A stretch of 64,000 bases of DNA from a bacterium (GCA_963669175.1 OY769902.1:1152001-1216000); one strand, 5' to 3'. Counted from the first letter of the stretch, positions 49,193 through 60,507 are shown. Program-made: numbers and translations. The notes: a model not told the origin generated them from the letters alone.

Positions 49193-52100
49193 TCACTTCA
49201 ATAATACAATTTTTTCTGTCAGATGTACACTGTTCCCGCTCAGTTTTACGAAGTAGGTTCCGGACGCTACCGGCATGCCTTTATCGCTGTGTCCCTGCCA
49301 GATCACCTGCTGCCGTCCCGCCTGAACCACACCATCGACAAGCGTCGCAACTTTACGTCCCAGCACATCATAGACTGCCAGGGTCACTTCGGACGTGCGT
49401 GGCGCGGTGAAACTCAGCGTGGTTGACGGGTTGAACGGGTTCGGATAGGCGCCATGCAGTTCCCAGGAAACCGGGTGCAGGTTTTCCGCGTTCCCATCCA
49501 CATGGAAAGGATCATTTGTGATTCGCATGGCGTAAATGTCATCCACCGGATCGTCTACCGGTTGTCCACGGAAGTCTGTCCAGGATGCCAGCACACCTCC
49601 CTCACCGTCCGATGTGACTGCCAGTTCACATTGCGTGAAGTGCATTTCGCTAAGGTAAGCGTCGCCCTGCTCGAAAATCTCCCCGGTAAAATTGCCGTGG
49701 GCGTCCATATGGCTGTATCCCAGATCCGGATCTGAACAGACGTGGTGATTGTGAACCGTGTACAAGATGTAAATTCCATTTTGACCATCGGTTACTATCT
49801 TGGAGTCGCTAAAGCTGATAACGCTTTCTTGTGTCTGCCCGGGAAGAACGATACCGCCTTCCGGTTCAAGTGAGGGTTCTCCTTCACTATCGAAAAGTTG
49901 ACAGAAAATGACATTCCTGTTGTATTCTTCCGGATAATCATACCAGGTCAGCCAGAAAGAATCGTCATCATTCAGCACGACTTCCGCCTCTTCCAGCCAG
50001 ACTTTGGCTTCCCTGATATCCATGATGATTCTGCCGGAGATTTCCCATTGTGCTTCTCCATCCATGCTGACAGATTGTCCCAGCAATTGCGTGTTGTCGT
50101 TGAGATGTGTCCAAAGCACCAGGATATCATTACTTCGCGGGATTACATGGGAAGCGATACACGTACGCATGTTGCCATTCACTATCTGCGATTCCCAAGC
50201 AGGTACACCGTTTGAATCAAGCAGTGTCATGTACACATCTTCCCCCAACGTATACATGATGACAAGCTCGCCATTTTCCAGAACAGTCATGCTGCGCAGG
50301 ATGCAATTCTGTCCGGAAGCGGTAACGCCCGCATCTCCCCAGAGCAAATTTCCGGAATCGTCCACACAATTGCAGGTGATTGCGCCGGAGTATGACTCCC
50401 ACACCATGTAGTAATGGCCGTTGGGACCGGTTTGGAAAAGCTGGTATGGGTTTGATGTTCCATCAGGAAGCGCGTACTCGTCTGGAGTGATTAAAATCGA
50501 GTTTTCCCAAACCCGTTCAAGGTTGGCGTTATAACGGTCAAGGTTCAGGGTCCGCCCCATTCCATTCACCATGGAAGACAACAGGACCATTCCCCCTTCA
50601 TTATCCGGAACGGGATAAACTCGATCCAGATCGACCGCCCCTCTGGCCGGGTCACCCGGCTCCAGTAAAACGCCATTCTGTTCAAGGAGCGGTTCCCCAG
50701 TATCAAAATCCAGCCGTTGTGCATACAGGTCATGATAATCTCGATAGTCATGCCACAGGATAAATACATTGTTATTTGAGCAGACGATTTTAGATTCTTT
50801 TCCGTCGCCAATCATTCCGGTAACCAGGGGAAACGGCTCTTCAAACAACTCATTGCCGTTTTCAGCATCGAATGCACTGAATTGAACACAAGCGAAATTA
50901 TTTCCTTCTGTGTAGATATCTGGCCAGAAAACCCGAACCTGGTCATCTTGGATGAAAGAAGCAAACGACAACCAACAGGGTAAGCCGTCGATTTCAATCT
51001 TACCGGGAACACCATCATTCCAGGCGTAATCACCATTTTCATCAAAACGCATCACGAAGATTTCAGAACCCCTGCCTTTTCCGGCAGCATCGGAAGTGGT
51101 CAGGATAAACCCGCCTTCATCGTCATGACTCAGCCTGATACAACGATAGGTCAGGGTTTCATCAGGGAAAAGGACAGTGCCCTGTACCTCTTCCGGATCC
51201 GGATTTTCGTTGCTGACAGCATCGAAAAAACGCATGCGCAGTTCACGAATCGTAGAATCGCCCATGACACTCCAGGCAAGGATACAAGTGCCGTCATGGT
51301 GGTGCATGATCCGGTACATGTCGTCGTTGTATATGTAATTGCAATGGCCGGTCAGGTTCACCGGTTCATCCCACAACAGAGCCCCATCAACGGAAACATA
51401 TTGACCGTAAATGCATCTGCGATCGTAGTCCAGCCAGGTAACAAAGACGTTTTCCTGGTGATCGGTTATTATTCTGATATCGTTGGAGTATTCATCCAAA
51501 TCTATAGGCGCTCCCTCATTCCAGACGGGATTTCCTGATGAATCAAAATGTTGCAGGGAAACAGCAGTCCCGAAAGCAACGGTAAATGATCCGTCTTCCA
51601 ACACGGCAGGGTGAATAAACCTGCAACTATCCTGTAATACGATTCCACCTTCTTCCCAGAGAGGATTGCCGTTGCTGTCCAGCTTTTGCACAAGCCCAGT
51701 ATGGTCATCTTTCCAGAACACCAGGGTTGTATGATCCGGGAGAGGATTCAAGGAACACAGTACAGATTCCACTTCCGGTTCCTGACTCAGCAAAACCCCA
51801 TTATCGGTCCATTGCAACTGACCATTCGATGAAATCTTCTGGATGGCAAAATCAGCTCTACTATCATGGGGATAGCCGCGATAATCCTCCCATGCGACCA
51901 GCCAGTTGCCATCACCGGCGTATACGACGAGCGGTTGCTGCTGGGGTGTGGGTAGGTTGGTAATCTGCAAGCCACCCGCTTCCCACTGCTCCTGGTTGTT
52001 CGAGTCGTATAATTGAACATAGATGTTCTGAGCGCCGCTTTTTCCATCCGACCATGCCGCGCACCAGTATTCCTCGCCGTCATTGGCAACACCATCGCCT

Positions 52101-52243
52101 ATCCATGTGAAATGGTTGGCTTGACGGACCATCACACCTTCTTCCGGTTCCCAGTATTGTTGCTGAGCATGTGCGGAAAGGAAAGGGAGGAGAAGAGCAC
52201 AACAGACACAAAAGCCGGCAGTTCGCCTGACCAGATCACTCAT
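49193..52243 (-). CDS. Array member 2, T9SS/FlgD CTD protein
   Basis: AAGGAG RBS, MSDLVRR signal peptide, same architecture as member 1. Confidence 0.85.
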   Translation of the reverse strand: MSDLVRRTAGFCVCCALLLPFLSAHAQQQYWEPEEGVMVRQANHFTWIGDGVANDGEEYWCAAWSDGKSGAQNIYVQLYDSNNQEQWEAGGLQITNLPTPQQQPLVVYAGDGNWLVAWEDYRGYPHDSRADFAIQKISSNGQLQWTDNGVLLSQEPEVESVLCSLNPLPDHTTLVFWKDDHTGLVQKLDSNGNPLWEEGGIVLQDSCRFIHPAVLEDGSFTVAFGTAVSLQHFDSSGNPVWNEGAPIDLDEYSNDIRIITDHQENVFVTWLDYDRRCIYGQYVSVDGALLWDEPVNLTGHCNYIYNDDMYRIMHHHDGTCILAWSVMGDSTIRELRMRFFDAVSNENPDPEEVQGTVLFPDETLTYRCIRLSHDDEGGFILTTSDAAGKGRGSEIFVMRFDENGDYAWNDGVPGKIEIDGLPCWLSFASFIQDDQVRVFWPDIYTEGNNFACVQFSAFDAENGNELFEEPFPLVTGMIGDGKESKIVCSNNNVFILWHDYRDYHDLYAQRLDFDTGEPLLEQNGVLLEPGDPARGAVDLDRVYPVPDNEGGMVLLSSMVNGMGRTLNLDRYNANLERVWENSILITPDEYALPDGTSNPYQLFQTGPNGHYYMVWESYSGAITCNCVDDSGNLLWGDAGVTASGQNCILRSMTVLENGELVIMYTLGEDVYMTLLDSNGVPAWESQIVNGNMRTCIASHVIPRSNDILVLWTHLNDNTQLLGQSVSMDGEAQWEISGRIIMDIREAKVWLEEAEVVLNDDDSFWLTWYDYPEEYNRNVIFCQLFDSEGEPSLEPEGGIVLPGQTQESVISFSDSKIVTDGQNGIYILYTVHNHHVCSDPDLGYSHMDAHGNFTGEIFEQGDAYLSEMHFTQCELAVTSDGEGGVLASWTDFRGQPVDDPVDDIYAMRITNDPFHVDGNAENLHPVSWELHGAYPNPFNPSTTLSFTAPRTSEVTLAVYDVLGRKVATLVDGVVQAGRQQVIWQGHSDKGMPVASGTYFVKLSGNSVHLTEKIVLLK

Positions 52244-52410
52244 GTCCGACTCCTTCGGTTGAAAATCATTAAAGTGACTGATGAAAACAATCAATACGTT
52301 GTGAATCGCCCGACCTTCCCCGCCATAACAGGAGGGAAGGTCGGGTAACAATTGTCTGACATCTATTTACTATTAGGAAATATTTCCGGTAGGTTTTCAG
52401 TTGATAGTGG

Positions 52411-53241
52411 TTACTTTTTCTTGTCCTTTTTCGTTGTATCTTTTTGTTTATCTTTAGGTTTAAGGTCAGGATGATACTGCATCACCAGTTTCTGATATTG
52501 GACCACTGTACTACGTCCGAGTCCGGTAGTACGCACAATTTCCATCAGATTAAGTTCTTTGACCATCAGGAACTTGATGTTTTTGTAAGATCGCAAGTAA
52601 CGACCCACCGCTTCAAGGGTATGCGTGGTCAAGCGAGCGATATCCGGTTCCGGATAGCCCTGTTCGTACAGGTCAATGATTGCGGCCTTGTGTGTGGGAC
52701 GGCTCCCCTGGTCCAACATGATTCCTTTCGTCGGCAGGATGTCATCATGCGTTTCGTGATACTGTTGGATGTACTTGCCAATGGTCGTCAGCGACCGGTT
52801 CAACAACACACTCAATTCCGCGCCGCTTAATAACCCGCCTTGTTCGTACGCGCTTTTCACCAACCGCGCCAGCACTGCAATATCCCTGTCGCGCTGTTTG
52901 CACGCACCGTCTTTTCCATAGTGGCGACGAATACGATCAACCACATCTTCTTCTGTGACAAGCGGAAGAATGACGGTCTTCACCTCATAGTCTTCTACCC
53001 GTGTCCCATAGCTGGGCTTGTGGCACTGTGCACCTGTCGTACGCCACACAATACTGCCACCGCTGCGTTGCTCGATATCCGGATAGAACTCACGGTGCAG
53101 TTGCATGATGTCATCCGCCACCATGGCCAAGACCTTGTGGCTGCCAAGAATCTTGTACTGCTCTTCCAACAACCGGATGATCGCAGTGCGAAAGTTCCGC
53201 TTCGGCAGGGATTCATAACGGTTCCGTACCTCAGTTTTCAT
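52411..53241 (-). CDS. DUF1670-like protein B
   Basis: Same as 43551-44381 except GAGK>GACK. Confidence 0.8.
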   Translation of the reverse strand: MKTEVRNRYESLPKRNFRTAIIRLLEEQYKILGSHKVLAMVADDIMQLHREFYPDIEQRSGGSIVWRTTGAQCHKPSYGTRVEDYEVKTVILPLVTEEDVVDRIRRHYGKDGACKQRDRDIAVLARLVKSAYEQGGLLSGAELSVLLNRSLTTIGKYIQQYHETHDDILPTKGIMLDQGSRPTHKAAIIDLYEQGYPEPDIARLTTHTLEAVGRYLRSYKNIKFLMVKELNLMEIVRTTGLGRSTVVQYQKLVMQYHPDLKPKDKQKDTTKKDKKK

Positions 53242-54064
53242 GGACGCCTCCGCCACCTTGTCCCGCTCTTTTTTTTGAGGGATACTGTGCTTGCAACTGC
53301 TCCAGAAGTTCGACATAGCTTGTCGGCCAGTGATCACCCTGTTTGTATTTTGCAAACAGATCCAGGTACTCACCCGTCAACCGTTCGCTCTGTTGAAGCA
53401 GACGGCTCAGGTCGGTCAGCTCGGTAATGTCATGGCTAAGCAGAAGCAACAAGCGTCCAAACGTACTCACATAGCGCTTGATCGCAAACGCGCTGTGACG
53501 TGTCAGACGGATGATCTCATCATAGGTCCGGCCACCCAGGTACAAATCAACGATCCGTGCCTTGTGCGATAACCCACGCCCAATGTCATGGTCGTAGCCA
53601 CGCGTATGCACCGTATTCCCGTCAGCAAGCAGCAACGCAATATCCTTGCGGATGGTCCGATCTGAAACGTGCAGCAGACGACTCAGATCCTCCTGTGTCA
53701 GCAACCCACCCTGCTGGTACGTCTCTTCGGTTAGCCGAAGAATCCGTTGCTGACGAAGCGATGAAGCGCCCAGTTCGCGCAGAACATCCAAGTCCTCAAC
53801 ACCGTCATCCAGTGTCAGTTCGACACGAATCAGGTCTTGTTCGCGTAAGGGACGACCGTGACGAGCTTTCTTGGACGCACATAAAAAACGAAGCTTGCCA
53901 AGCGTTGACGGCATCGTACCGAACAAACAACGCTTGGCAAGCTCCAATATCCCCGTACTCGCAGCCGGTGAAAGCTCAAACTCGCGACGAAGCGAGTTCA
54001 CAAACACCTGCTCCGGCGTCTTCTCCATACACCGGTCATACAGGCTCGTTGAAGTATGTAACAT
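53231..54064 (-). CDS. DUF1670-like protein A
   Basis: Identical translation to copy 1. Confidence 0.8.
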   Translation of the reverse strand: MLHTSTSLYDRCMEKTPEQVFVNSLRREFELSPAASTGILELAKRCLFGTMPSTLGKLRFLCASKKARHGRPLREQDLIRVELTLDDGVEDLDVLRELGASSLRQQRILRLTEETYQQGGLLTQEDLSRLLHVSDRTIRKDIALLLADGNTVHTRGYDHDIGRGLSHKARIVDLYLGGRTYDEIIRLTRHSAFAIKRYVSTFGRLLLLLSHDITELTDLSRLLQQSERLTGEYLDLFAKYKQGDHWPTSYVELLEQLQAQYPSKKRAGQGGGGVHEN

Positions 54065-54163
54065 CTTGTCCTCCAGCATGTTACGCGATCGCTTCCGATT
54101 GCCAACCCGAATACAAAGGTCGCAAACAAGAAGCAAATCGCCAAACCTACCGGAAGTATTTCC

Positions 54164-57100
54164 TTATTTCAACAATACCATCTTGCTGGTCAGGTTGACA
54201 CCATCGCTTTCAAGGCGTACAAAATAAGTTCCCGACGCTACCGGCATCCCCTGGTCGCTGTGCCCCTGCCAGATCACCTGCTGCCGTCCCGCCTGAACCA
54301 CACCATCGACAAGCGTCGCAACCTTACGTCCCAGTACATCATAGACCGACAGGGTCACTTCGGACGTGCGTGGCGCGGTGAAACTCAATGTGGTTGACGG
54401 GTTGAACGGGTTGGGATAGGCGCCATGCAGTTCCCAGGAAACCGGGTGCAGGTTTTCACGGGGTTCGTTGGCGCCGTATGGGTATTCATAGATGCGCATG
54501 GCATAAACATCATCCCCCTCATCTTCGATATTCATGCCACGGTAGTCGGTCCAGGAAACCAGCGCGCCTCCTTCGCCATCCGGAATCGCAAAAAGCTCTT
54601 CCTGTACGAACATCGCATCGGTCAGGATCAGGCCGCCCTCCTCGTAGTACGGGTCGAAAAGATCACCGTCCGCATTGATATGCGAGAAGCCAAGATTGCT
54701 GTAATCACAATCTGAAAGAATCTGGTAAAACACAAAGAAACCGTTGTTCCCATCCGGCACAGTATAAAGTGTATTGTATTCCTTGACAACATCGTTGTAC
54801 GCTGTTGGCAGTAAAATCCCATGCTCCACATCGTACAGCGGTTCTCCCTGGGCGTTGAATTTCTGATAACGCGGGCTTCTGTATCGTTCCTCATCCTGTC
54901 GGTCCAGCCAGGCAATCCAGAAAGTGTTATCCTCATTGATCACAACGGTTTCATCAATAAAAACGGGTAAAGCATTCATACAGGAAATGATTTCACGGCC
55001 ATTGGTGTCCCAGAGAATAGAGCCGTCGGCAGCATCAACCAACTGGCCGTAAAGGCACATGCGGTCTTCCGTGAGCCACAATACAAGAATATCGTCACCC
55101 AGTTGACGAACGACAGGCGCATAGGATCGTGGCATCATCCCGTCAGTTACCTGCGCACGTGGAGTTTCCCAGATCGCTTCGCCTTCCTCGTCCAGGAGGG
55201 TCAGGTAAACCAGATCCCTGTTCTGGAAAAGAACACCATAATTGTTGTTGTCCAGCAGCACAGCGCCCTTCAGAACGTAACTTTCCGCGGTCAGACTGCT
55301 TCCATCCTCGCCCCACAGCAGCTCACCAGTCTGGCTGATACGGTTGCAGGCGACAACACCGTTCCCACGACGCACCCAGGAGACATAGTAACAGCCATTT
55401 GAGCCGCGAAGGAACTGATATTTGTTTTGGGTTTTTGAACGGAAGAACGTCTGCTCGCTGGTTGTCAGGCAGGTAGGGGAGTCCCAGACCGGTTCCAGCT
55501 CGCTGTCGTAGGTCTGGATAAATACTTCATAGGGGTCGCCATAACCTCCATCTCGACGCAGGGTAAGCAGTGCGAAGCCACCATCCTCCGTGCCAAGCGC
55601 CTGGAAATTATTCATTCCCCAGGCCACTCCTTCATAGGAAATAGCCAACGGTACGCCATGATCCTCAAACAGGGTTTCGCCAGTCTGGATGTCAAGTTTC
55701 TGGAAATACACATCAGACGAGTCTCGAAAATCTACCCACCCGATCAGGACATCATCCTGGGATTTTAGAACCTGGGAGAGCCTTCCGTTGTTCATAATAC
55801 CGCTAACCAGGGGATAGGGCTGTTCAAAAACCGATTCCCCGGAAGCCAACTCGAGCTGTTGGAATTGAACACCAATCCCATCACCGGAAGAATACACTCC
55901 CGGCCAGAAAAGGCGCACATAGTCGTCAAGTTCGAAAAGATCAAAAGCGTATGGGCAGGGAAGACCATCAATTTCAAACTGTACCGGGCTGCCATCGTTC
56001 CAGAGGCTGACGCCCTGATCACTGAAACGCATGGCCAGGATTGCGCTACCTGAATACTTGCCGTAGGAATTCGAAGTGGCGAGTATGAAACCATCTTCGC
56101 CATCCGGGAAAAGCCTCACACAGTAAAACACCATGTTTTCGTCGGGGAAAACTCTGAACTGGCAGATATCATCCTGCTCTTCCTGGTCTGAAGAGTAATC
56201 AAACAGTCTCATCTGGAGGTTATAGCCATCATCGTTTGCCTGTGGCCATGCCAGGGCGCAGACCCCGTCATGGAGATGGCATAACCGGAAGAAATCATCA
56301 TTGGAAATGTAGTTGCACGGTGCAGAGAGCTGGACACATTCTTCCCACAACGGTTCACCTTCAGCACTGATATATTGCCCGAAAATACCATCGCGCTCTT
56401 CACAGAGCCAGACCAGGCAATACCCGTTCTGGTCATCCTTTACCAGCTCCATATCCGTTGAATTCATCTCCTCTTCAGGGCAAAGCGCGATGGGTTGGCC
56501 GTCGTTCCATTGTGCTTCACCATTCCCATCATACAATTGGATCTCAACAGGTGTGCCCGTTGCGATCATAAAAGTACCATCATCATTCACGATAGCATTG
56601 ATGGCTTCTCTGTATTCTGTCACAGCTAACGGCTCATCCCAACACGGATTGCCGTCATGGTCAAACTTTTCGATATAGTTTCCCGTAACAGACTCCCAGA
56701 CAACGAGAGTAGCTTGATCCGGCATCGGTAGAAACGTATTTAAAAACGTCCAGGACACACCATCCGGGTTCAGCAAAACTCCGTTTTCCTGCCACAAAGC
56801 TTCGCCTTCTGATGACAATCGTTGAAGCGCGAAATTGATCAATGATGCATTCCCATTATTCCGGTACTCCTCCCATGCCACCAGCCATTCACCATCACCG
56901 GCATAACGGATCATGGGTTGTTGCTGTGGGGTGGGCAAATCGGTGAGTTGTATACCGCCTTCCGTCCACTGCTGCTCGTTGGCGGAGTTGTATAGCTGGA
57001 CATACACATTTTGAGCGCCCTCTTTTCCGTCCGACCAGGCAGCCAGCCAGGAGCCGGAATCGTCTGTGGCAGCTCCGCCGCCTGTCCAGGTAAAATGGTT

Positions 57101-57226
57101 GCCCTGACGGACCATAACACCATCTTCGGGCGCCCAGGCTTTGAACTGGGCATTGGCCGCAAAACAAACCAGGAGCAATGTCAACACAACGAGGGAGCAA
57201 ACTGTACGCTTTTTCAAGTAAACCAT
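54164..57226 (-). CDS. Array member 3, T9SS/FlgD CTD protein
   Basis: Same architecture; final Lys-stop supplied by the element. Confidence 0.85.
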   Translation of the reverse strand: MVYLKKRTVCSLVVLTLLLVCFAANAQFKAWAPEDGVMVRQGNHFTWTGGGAATDDSGSWLAAWSDGKEGAQNVYVQLYNSANEQQWTEGGIQLTDLPTPQQQPMIRYAGDGEWLVAWEEYRNNGNASLINFALQRLSSEGEALWQENGVLLNPDGVSWTFLNTFLPMPDQATLVVWESVTGNYIEKFDHDGNPCWDEPLAVTEYREAINAIVNDDGTFMIATGTPVEIQLYDGNGEAQWNDGQPIALCPEEEMNSTDMELVKDDQNGYCLVWLCEERDGIFGQYISAEGEPLWEECVQLSAPCNYISNDDFFRLCHLHDGVCALAWPQANDDGYNLQMRLFDYSSDQEEQDDICQFRVFPDENMVFYCVRLFPDGEDGFILATSNSYGKYSGSAILAMRFSDQGVSLWNDGSPVQFEIDGLPCPYAFDLFELDDYVRLFWPGVYSSGDGIGVQFQQLELASGESVFEQPYPLVSGIMNNGRLSQVLKSQDDVLIGWVDFRDSSDVYFQKLDIQTGETLFEDHGVPLAISYEGVAWGMNNFQALGTEDGGFALLTLRRDGGYGDPYEVFIQTYDSELEPVWDSPTCLTTSEQTFFRSKTQNKYQFLRGSNGCYYVSWVRRGNGVVACNRISQTGELLWGEDGSSLTAESYVLKGAVLLDNNNYGVLFQNRDLVYLTLLDEEGEAIWETPRAQVTDGMMPRSYAPVVRQLGDDILVLWLTEDRMCLYGQLVDAADGSILWDTNGREIISCMNALPVFIDETVVINEDNTFWIAWLDRQDEERYRSPRYQKFNAQGEPLYDVEHGILLPTAYNDVVKEYNTLYTVPDGNNGFFVFYQILSDCDYSNLGFSHINADGDLFDPYYEEGGLILTDAMFVQEELFAIPDGEGGALVSWTDYRGMNIEDEGDDVYAMRIYEYPYGANEPRENLHPVSWELHGAYPNPFNPSTTLSFTAPRTSEVTLSVYDVLGRKVATLVDGVVQAGRQQVIWQGHSDQGMPVASGTYFVRLESDGVNLTSKMVLLK

Positions 57227-57352
57227 AACCGACTCCTTCCCTGTCTGAACAAAGACAGAGTGGCTTGATGAATAAAAGACAATCGTGTCTTCTTATCCAG
57301 AATTTCTTCTAAATGTAAGAAACTCAGGGGTGTTGTCAATTGTAACGGGTAG

Positions 57353-60300
57353 TTATTTCAGCAATACCATCTTGCTGGTCAGGTTGACACCATCGCCTTC
57401 CAGACGCACAAAATAAGTTCCCGACGCTACCGGCATGCCCTGATCGCTGTGCCCCTGCCAGATTACCTGCTGCCGTCCCGCCTGCACCATACCATCCACC
57501 AAGGTGGCTACTTTCCGGCCCAAGACGTCGTAAACCGAAAGCGTTACTTCGCTGCTGTGTGGGGTGGTGAAACTCAGCGTGGTTGAGGGATTGAACGGGT
57601 TGGGATAGGCGTTGTGCAGTTCCCAGGAAACCGGGTGCAGGTTTTCACGCTTGTCGTGAACGCCAAAGGGATTGTCATTGACACGCATGACGTAAATATC
57701 ATCGACAGGATCATCTACCGGTTGTCCACGGTAGTCTGTCCATGAGGCCAAAACGCCGCCAAATCCATCTGGAATAATGGAAATATCTTCCTGTCCGAAT
57801 TGGGCATCGACCAGATAAGCGGTACCGTTCTCAAATTCACTCTGCGTGAAGTTTCCATCGGCGTCGATATGGGTATAGCCAATGTCATCCCCGTAGTCAT
57901 TGTTCACTTCGTAGAATATGTACATACCATCCTGGTCATCTGTTACGGCACGGTATTCCCTGAAAGAGTTAATCTCAGCTTCGTTTTGCCCCGGCAAAAT
58001 AATACTGTTTTCCTGGTTAAGAAGTGGTTGTCCTTCACTGGAGAATAACTGGCATTGAACGGCATAGGCATTGTCCAGCTCCAAACGATCACGCCATGTA
58101 AGCCAGAAGGAATCATCACTGTTAAGCACCAGATTTTTGCACGCAGAGTAAGCAGAACTTGACTCTTTATCAATCAATACTCTGCCGTCCTCTTCCCATT
58201 GTACCTCACCGTTGAGGTTGACGGATTGGCCCATGAGTTGGGTATTGTCAGCGGCATTAACCCAGGTCAGGAGAATGTCGTCATTTCGGGGGTAGATTGC
58301 CGGTCCCCTGAAGTAGGCCACATCAAAGTCGAAGATTTCAACATTCCAGACAATCTCACCCTCACTGTTAAGACGCGCCAGGTATGAATCGTTCTGGTAG
58401 TTATACCATACAACAAAATTGCCATCGTCCAGGATTGCAGTTGCCGCAGGCTCGCTGTGCTGTCCTGCCAATGCGACACCTGTATCACCCCAGAGAAGGT
58501 TTCCGGATGCATCCACACAGTTACATACAACATGGTTGAGCAGCTCTTCCCATGCTATAAAGCAGTTCCCGTCCTGATCGTATCTGACCATGCTTTTCTG
58601 GAAATCTGTTTCGTCGTAATAAGAGAACATTCCACGTTCTGTAAATTTCACACTTTGGTCCCAAACGGGGTCAAGGTTGGCGCTAAAGCGGTCCAGGCTG
58701 AAAGTCCAATTGTAGTTGTTATCAACAGACGAATGAAGCATCGTAAGTCCGCCTTCATTGTTCGGTATGAAGATTGTCCGCTCATAACTTTGAAATTGAT
58801 CCACATAACACCGGCAAGGAAGCCGCTTCCCATCTTGTTGAAACGCTTGTTCACCATTTTCAGCATCAAGTTTCTGCACATAAATGTCCAGCGAATCACG
58901 ACAGTCTTTCCAGAGGACAAAAATATTGTCCCCGGAACGAATGATCCGTGATTCCCTGCCGTTTCCGAGCATACCGGTAGCAAGTGGAAAAGGTTCTTCG
59001 AAGACAGCGTTACCGTTATGCAGTTCATACTGCAGGAACTGAACGGCGGCCTCATCACCAACCCCGGGATCATGGTCCGGCCAGAAAACACGGACTGTAT
59101 TCTCCTGGATAAATGTCGAAAAGGTCAGTGTACAGGGTAGTCCATCCATGGGGATTCGAAGTGGCTCACCATCATTCCAGAGATAGTCACCGTTCTCGTC
59201 GAAGCGCATTGCATGTATTTCAGACCCCGTTCCCTTTCCATGAGCATCAGAACTGGTGATAATGAAACCGTCCTCATTGTCCGGACAAAGTTTTACGCCG
59301 CAATACTCGAGAGATTCTTCCGGGAACAGGACGGTTCCCTGAAGTTCGCCAGGATTGCCGTTTTCAGTCGATGAGTCGAAAAGACGCATTCGCAAGCTAT
59401 AGTTGCCGTCTTGGTCGGTAGCTCCCCAGGCCAGAACACAGTTGTCATCATTGAGATGCATGGCACTGTAATTACCTTCATCAAAGACACGATGGAATAA
59501 CCCGGTCAGGTTGACCGGTTCATCCCAAAGAGGTGTCCCTTCTGCGGAGACATGTTGAGCACTAATGGACTGGCAGTGACTATTGACCCACGTAAGGAAA
59601 TAGTTCCCTTGGTCATCCATGATCAACCGGACATCGGAAGATGTACTATCCAGGGATACGGGTTCGCCCTCATTCCAAACCGGATTACCGGAAGCATCAT
59701 AATGTTGCATTGAGACCAGTCCATCGAAGGCAACCGTAAAGGAGCCGTCATCAAATACGACCACGTCAATATGATGCCAATTATCCTCAAGTAGACGGCC
59801 GCCTTCTTCCCAGACCGGGTTTCCATTGCTGTCGAATTTCTGAACCAGGTCCCCCTGATGGGAGCGCCAGAAAACCAGGGTTGACTGGTCTGGAAGGGAA
59901 TAAAACTTCTCCAGTGAAGTCCATTCTCCGGCTTCCTCTATAAGGACACCGTTGCTTGTCCACAGAATCGTACCATCCGATGAGATTTTTTGGATCGCTA
60001 TGCCTTGTTCGCCACCGGAGGGAATGCCACGATAATCTTCCCAGGCAACCAGCCAATTTCCGTAGCCGGCATAGGCTACGAGCGGTTGCTGCTGGGGGAC
60101 AGAGAGGTCAGTGATCTGAAGACCACCGGTTGCCCATTGTTCATGGTTGTTGGAATCGTACAATTGCACAATGATGTTTTGAGCGCCGCTTTTCCCGTCT
60201 GACCATGCGGCGCACCAGTATTCTTCGCCATCACAAGCGACACCGTCACCGGTCCAGGTGAAATGATTCGCCTGACGGACCATAACACCATCTTCCGGTT

Positions 60301-60394
60301 CCCAGAGGTTGTACTGGGCATGTGCTGGATGGATAACAAGACAGAGAAAGCCAATAGAAAGGATGCAGGCAATGCGTCGAAGAAGGTTTCCCAT
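57353..60394 (-). CDS. Array member 4, T9SS/FlgD CTD protein
   Basis: AAGGAG RBS, MGNLLRR signal peptide, CTD. Confidence 0.85.
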   Translation of the reverse strand: MGNLLRRIACILSIGFLCLVIHPAHAQYNLWEPEDGVMVRQANHFTWTGDGVACDGEEYWCAAWSDGKSGAQNIIVQLYDSNNHEQWATGGLQITDLSVPQQQPLVAYAGYGNWLVAWEDYRGIPSGGEQGIAIQKISSDGTILWTSNGVLIEEAGEWTSLEKFYSLPDQSTLVFWRSHQGDLVQKFDSNGNPVWEEGGRLLEDNWHHIDVVVFDDGSFTVAFDGLVSMQHYDASGNPVWNEGEPVSLDSTSSDVRLIMDDQGNYFLTWVNSHCQSISAQHVSAEGTPLWDEPVNLTGLFHRVFDEGNYSAMHLNDDNCVLAWGATDQDGNYSLRMRLFDSSTENGNPGELQGTVLFPEESLEYCGVKLCPDNEDGFIITSSDAHGKGTGSEIHAMRFDENGDYLWNDGEPLRIPMDGLPCTLTFSTFIQENTVRVFWPDHDPGVGDEAAVQFLQYELHNGNAVFEEPFPLATGMLGNGRESRIIRSGDNIFVLWKDCRDSLDIYVQKLDAENGEQAFQQDGKRLPCRCYVDQFQSYERTIFIPNNEGGLTMLHSSVDNNYNWTFSLDRFSANLDPVWDQSVKFTERGMFSYYDETDFQKSMVRYDQDGNCFIAWEELLNHVVCNCVDASGNLLWGDTGVALAGQHSEPAATAILDDGNFVVWYNYQNDSYLARLNSEGEIVWNVEIFDFDVAYFRGPAIYPRNDDILLTWVNAADNTQLMGQSVNLNGEVQWEEDGRVLIDKESSSAYSACKNLVLNSDDSFWLTWRDRLELDNAYAVQCQLFSSEGQPLLNQENSIILPGQNEAEINSFREYRAVTDDQDGMYIFYEVNNDYGDDIGYTHIDADGNFTQSEFENGTAYLVDAQFGQEDISIIPDGFGGVLASWTDYRGQPVDDPVDDIYVMRVNDNPFGVHDKRENLHPVSWELHNAYPNPFNPSTTLSFTTPHSSEVTLSVYDVLGRKVATLVDGMVQAGRQQVIWQGHSDQGMPVASGTYFVRLEGDGVNLTSKMVLLK

Positions 60395-60507
60395 GTCCGA
60401 CTCCTTTGTATACATTTTGTCGTGCTCCAGACAATCACTATCGCTTCGTAACATACAGGCTTGCCCCGTGCTTTGGCGAGGCAAGCCTGAAAAAGTCAAA
60501 CTAACAT

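Larger units (their letters stand above)
52369..54169 (-). mobile_element. DUF1670-pair insertion element, copy 2
   Basis: Offset exactly 8860 bp from copy 1; three substitutions noticed (52705, 52902, 52954). Confidence 0.9.
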
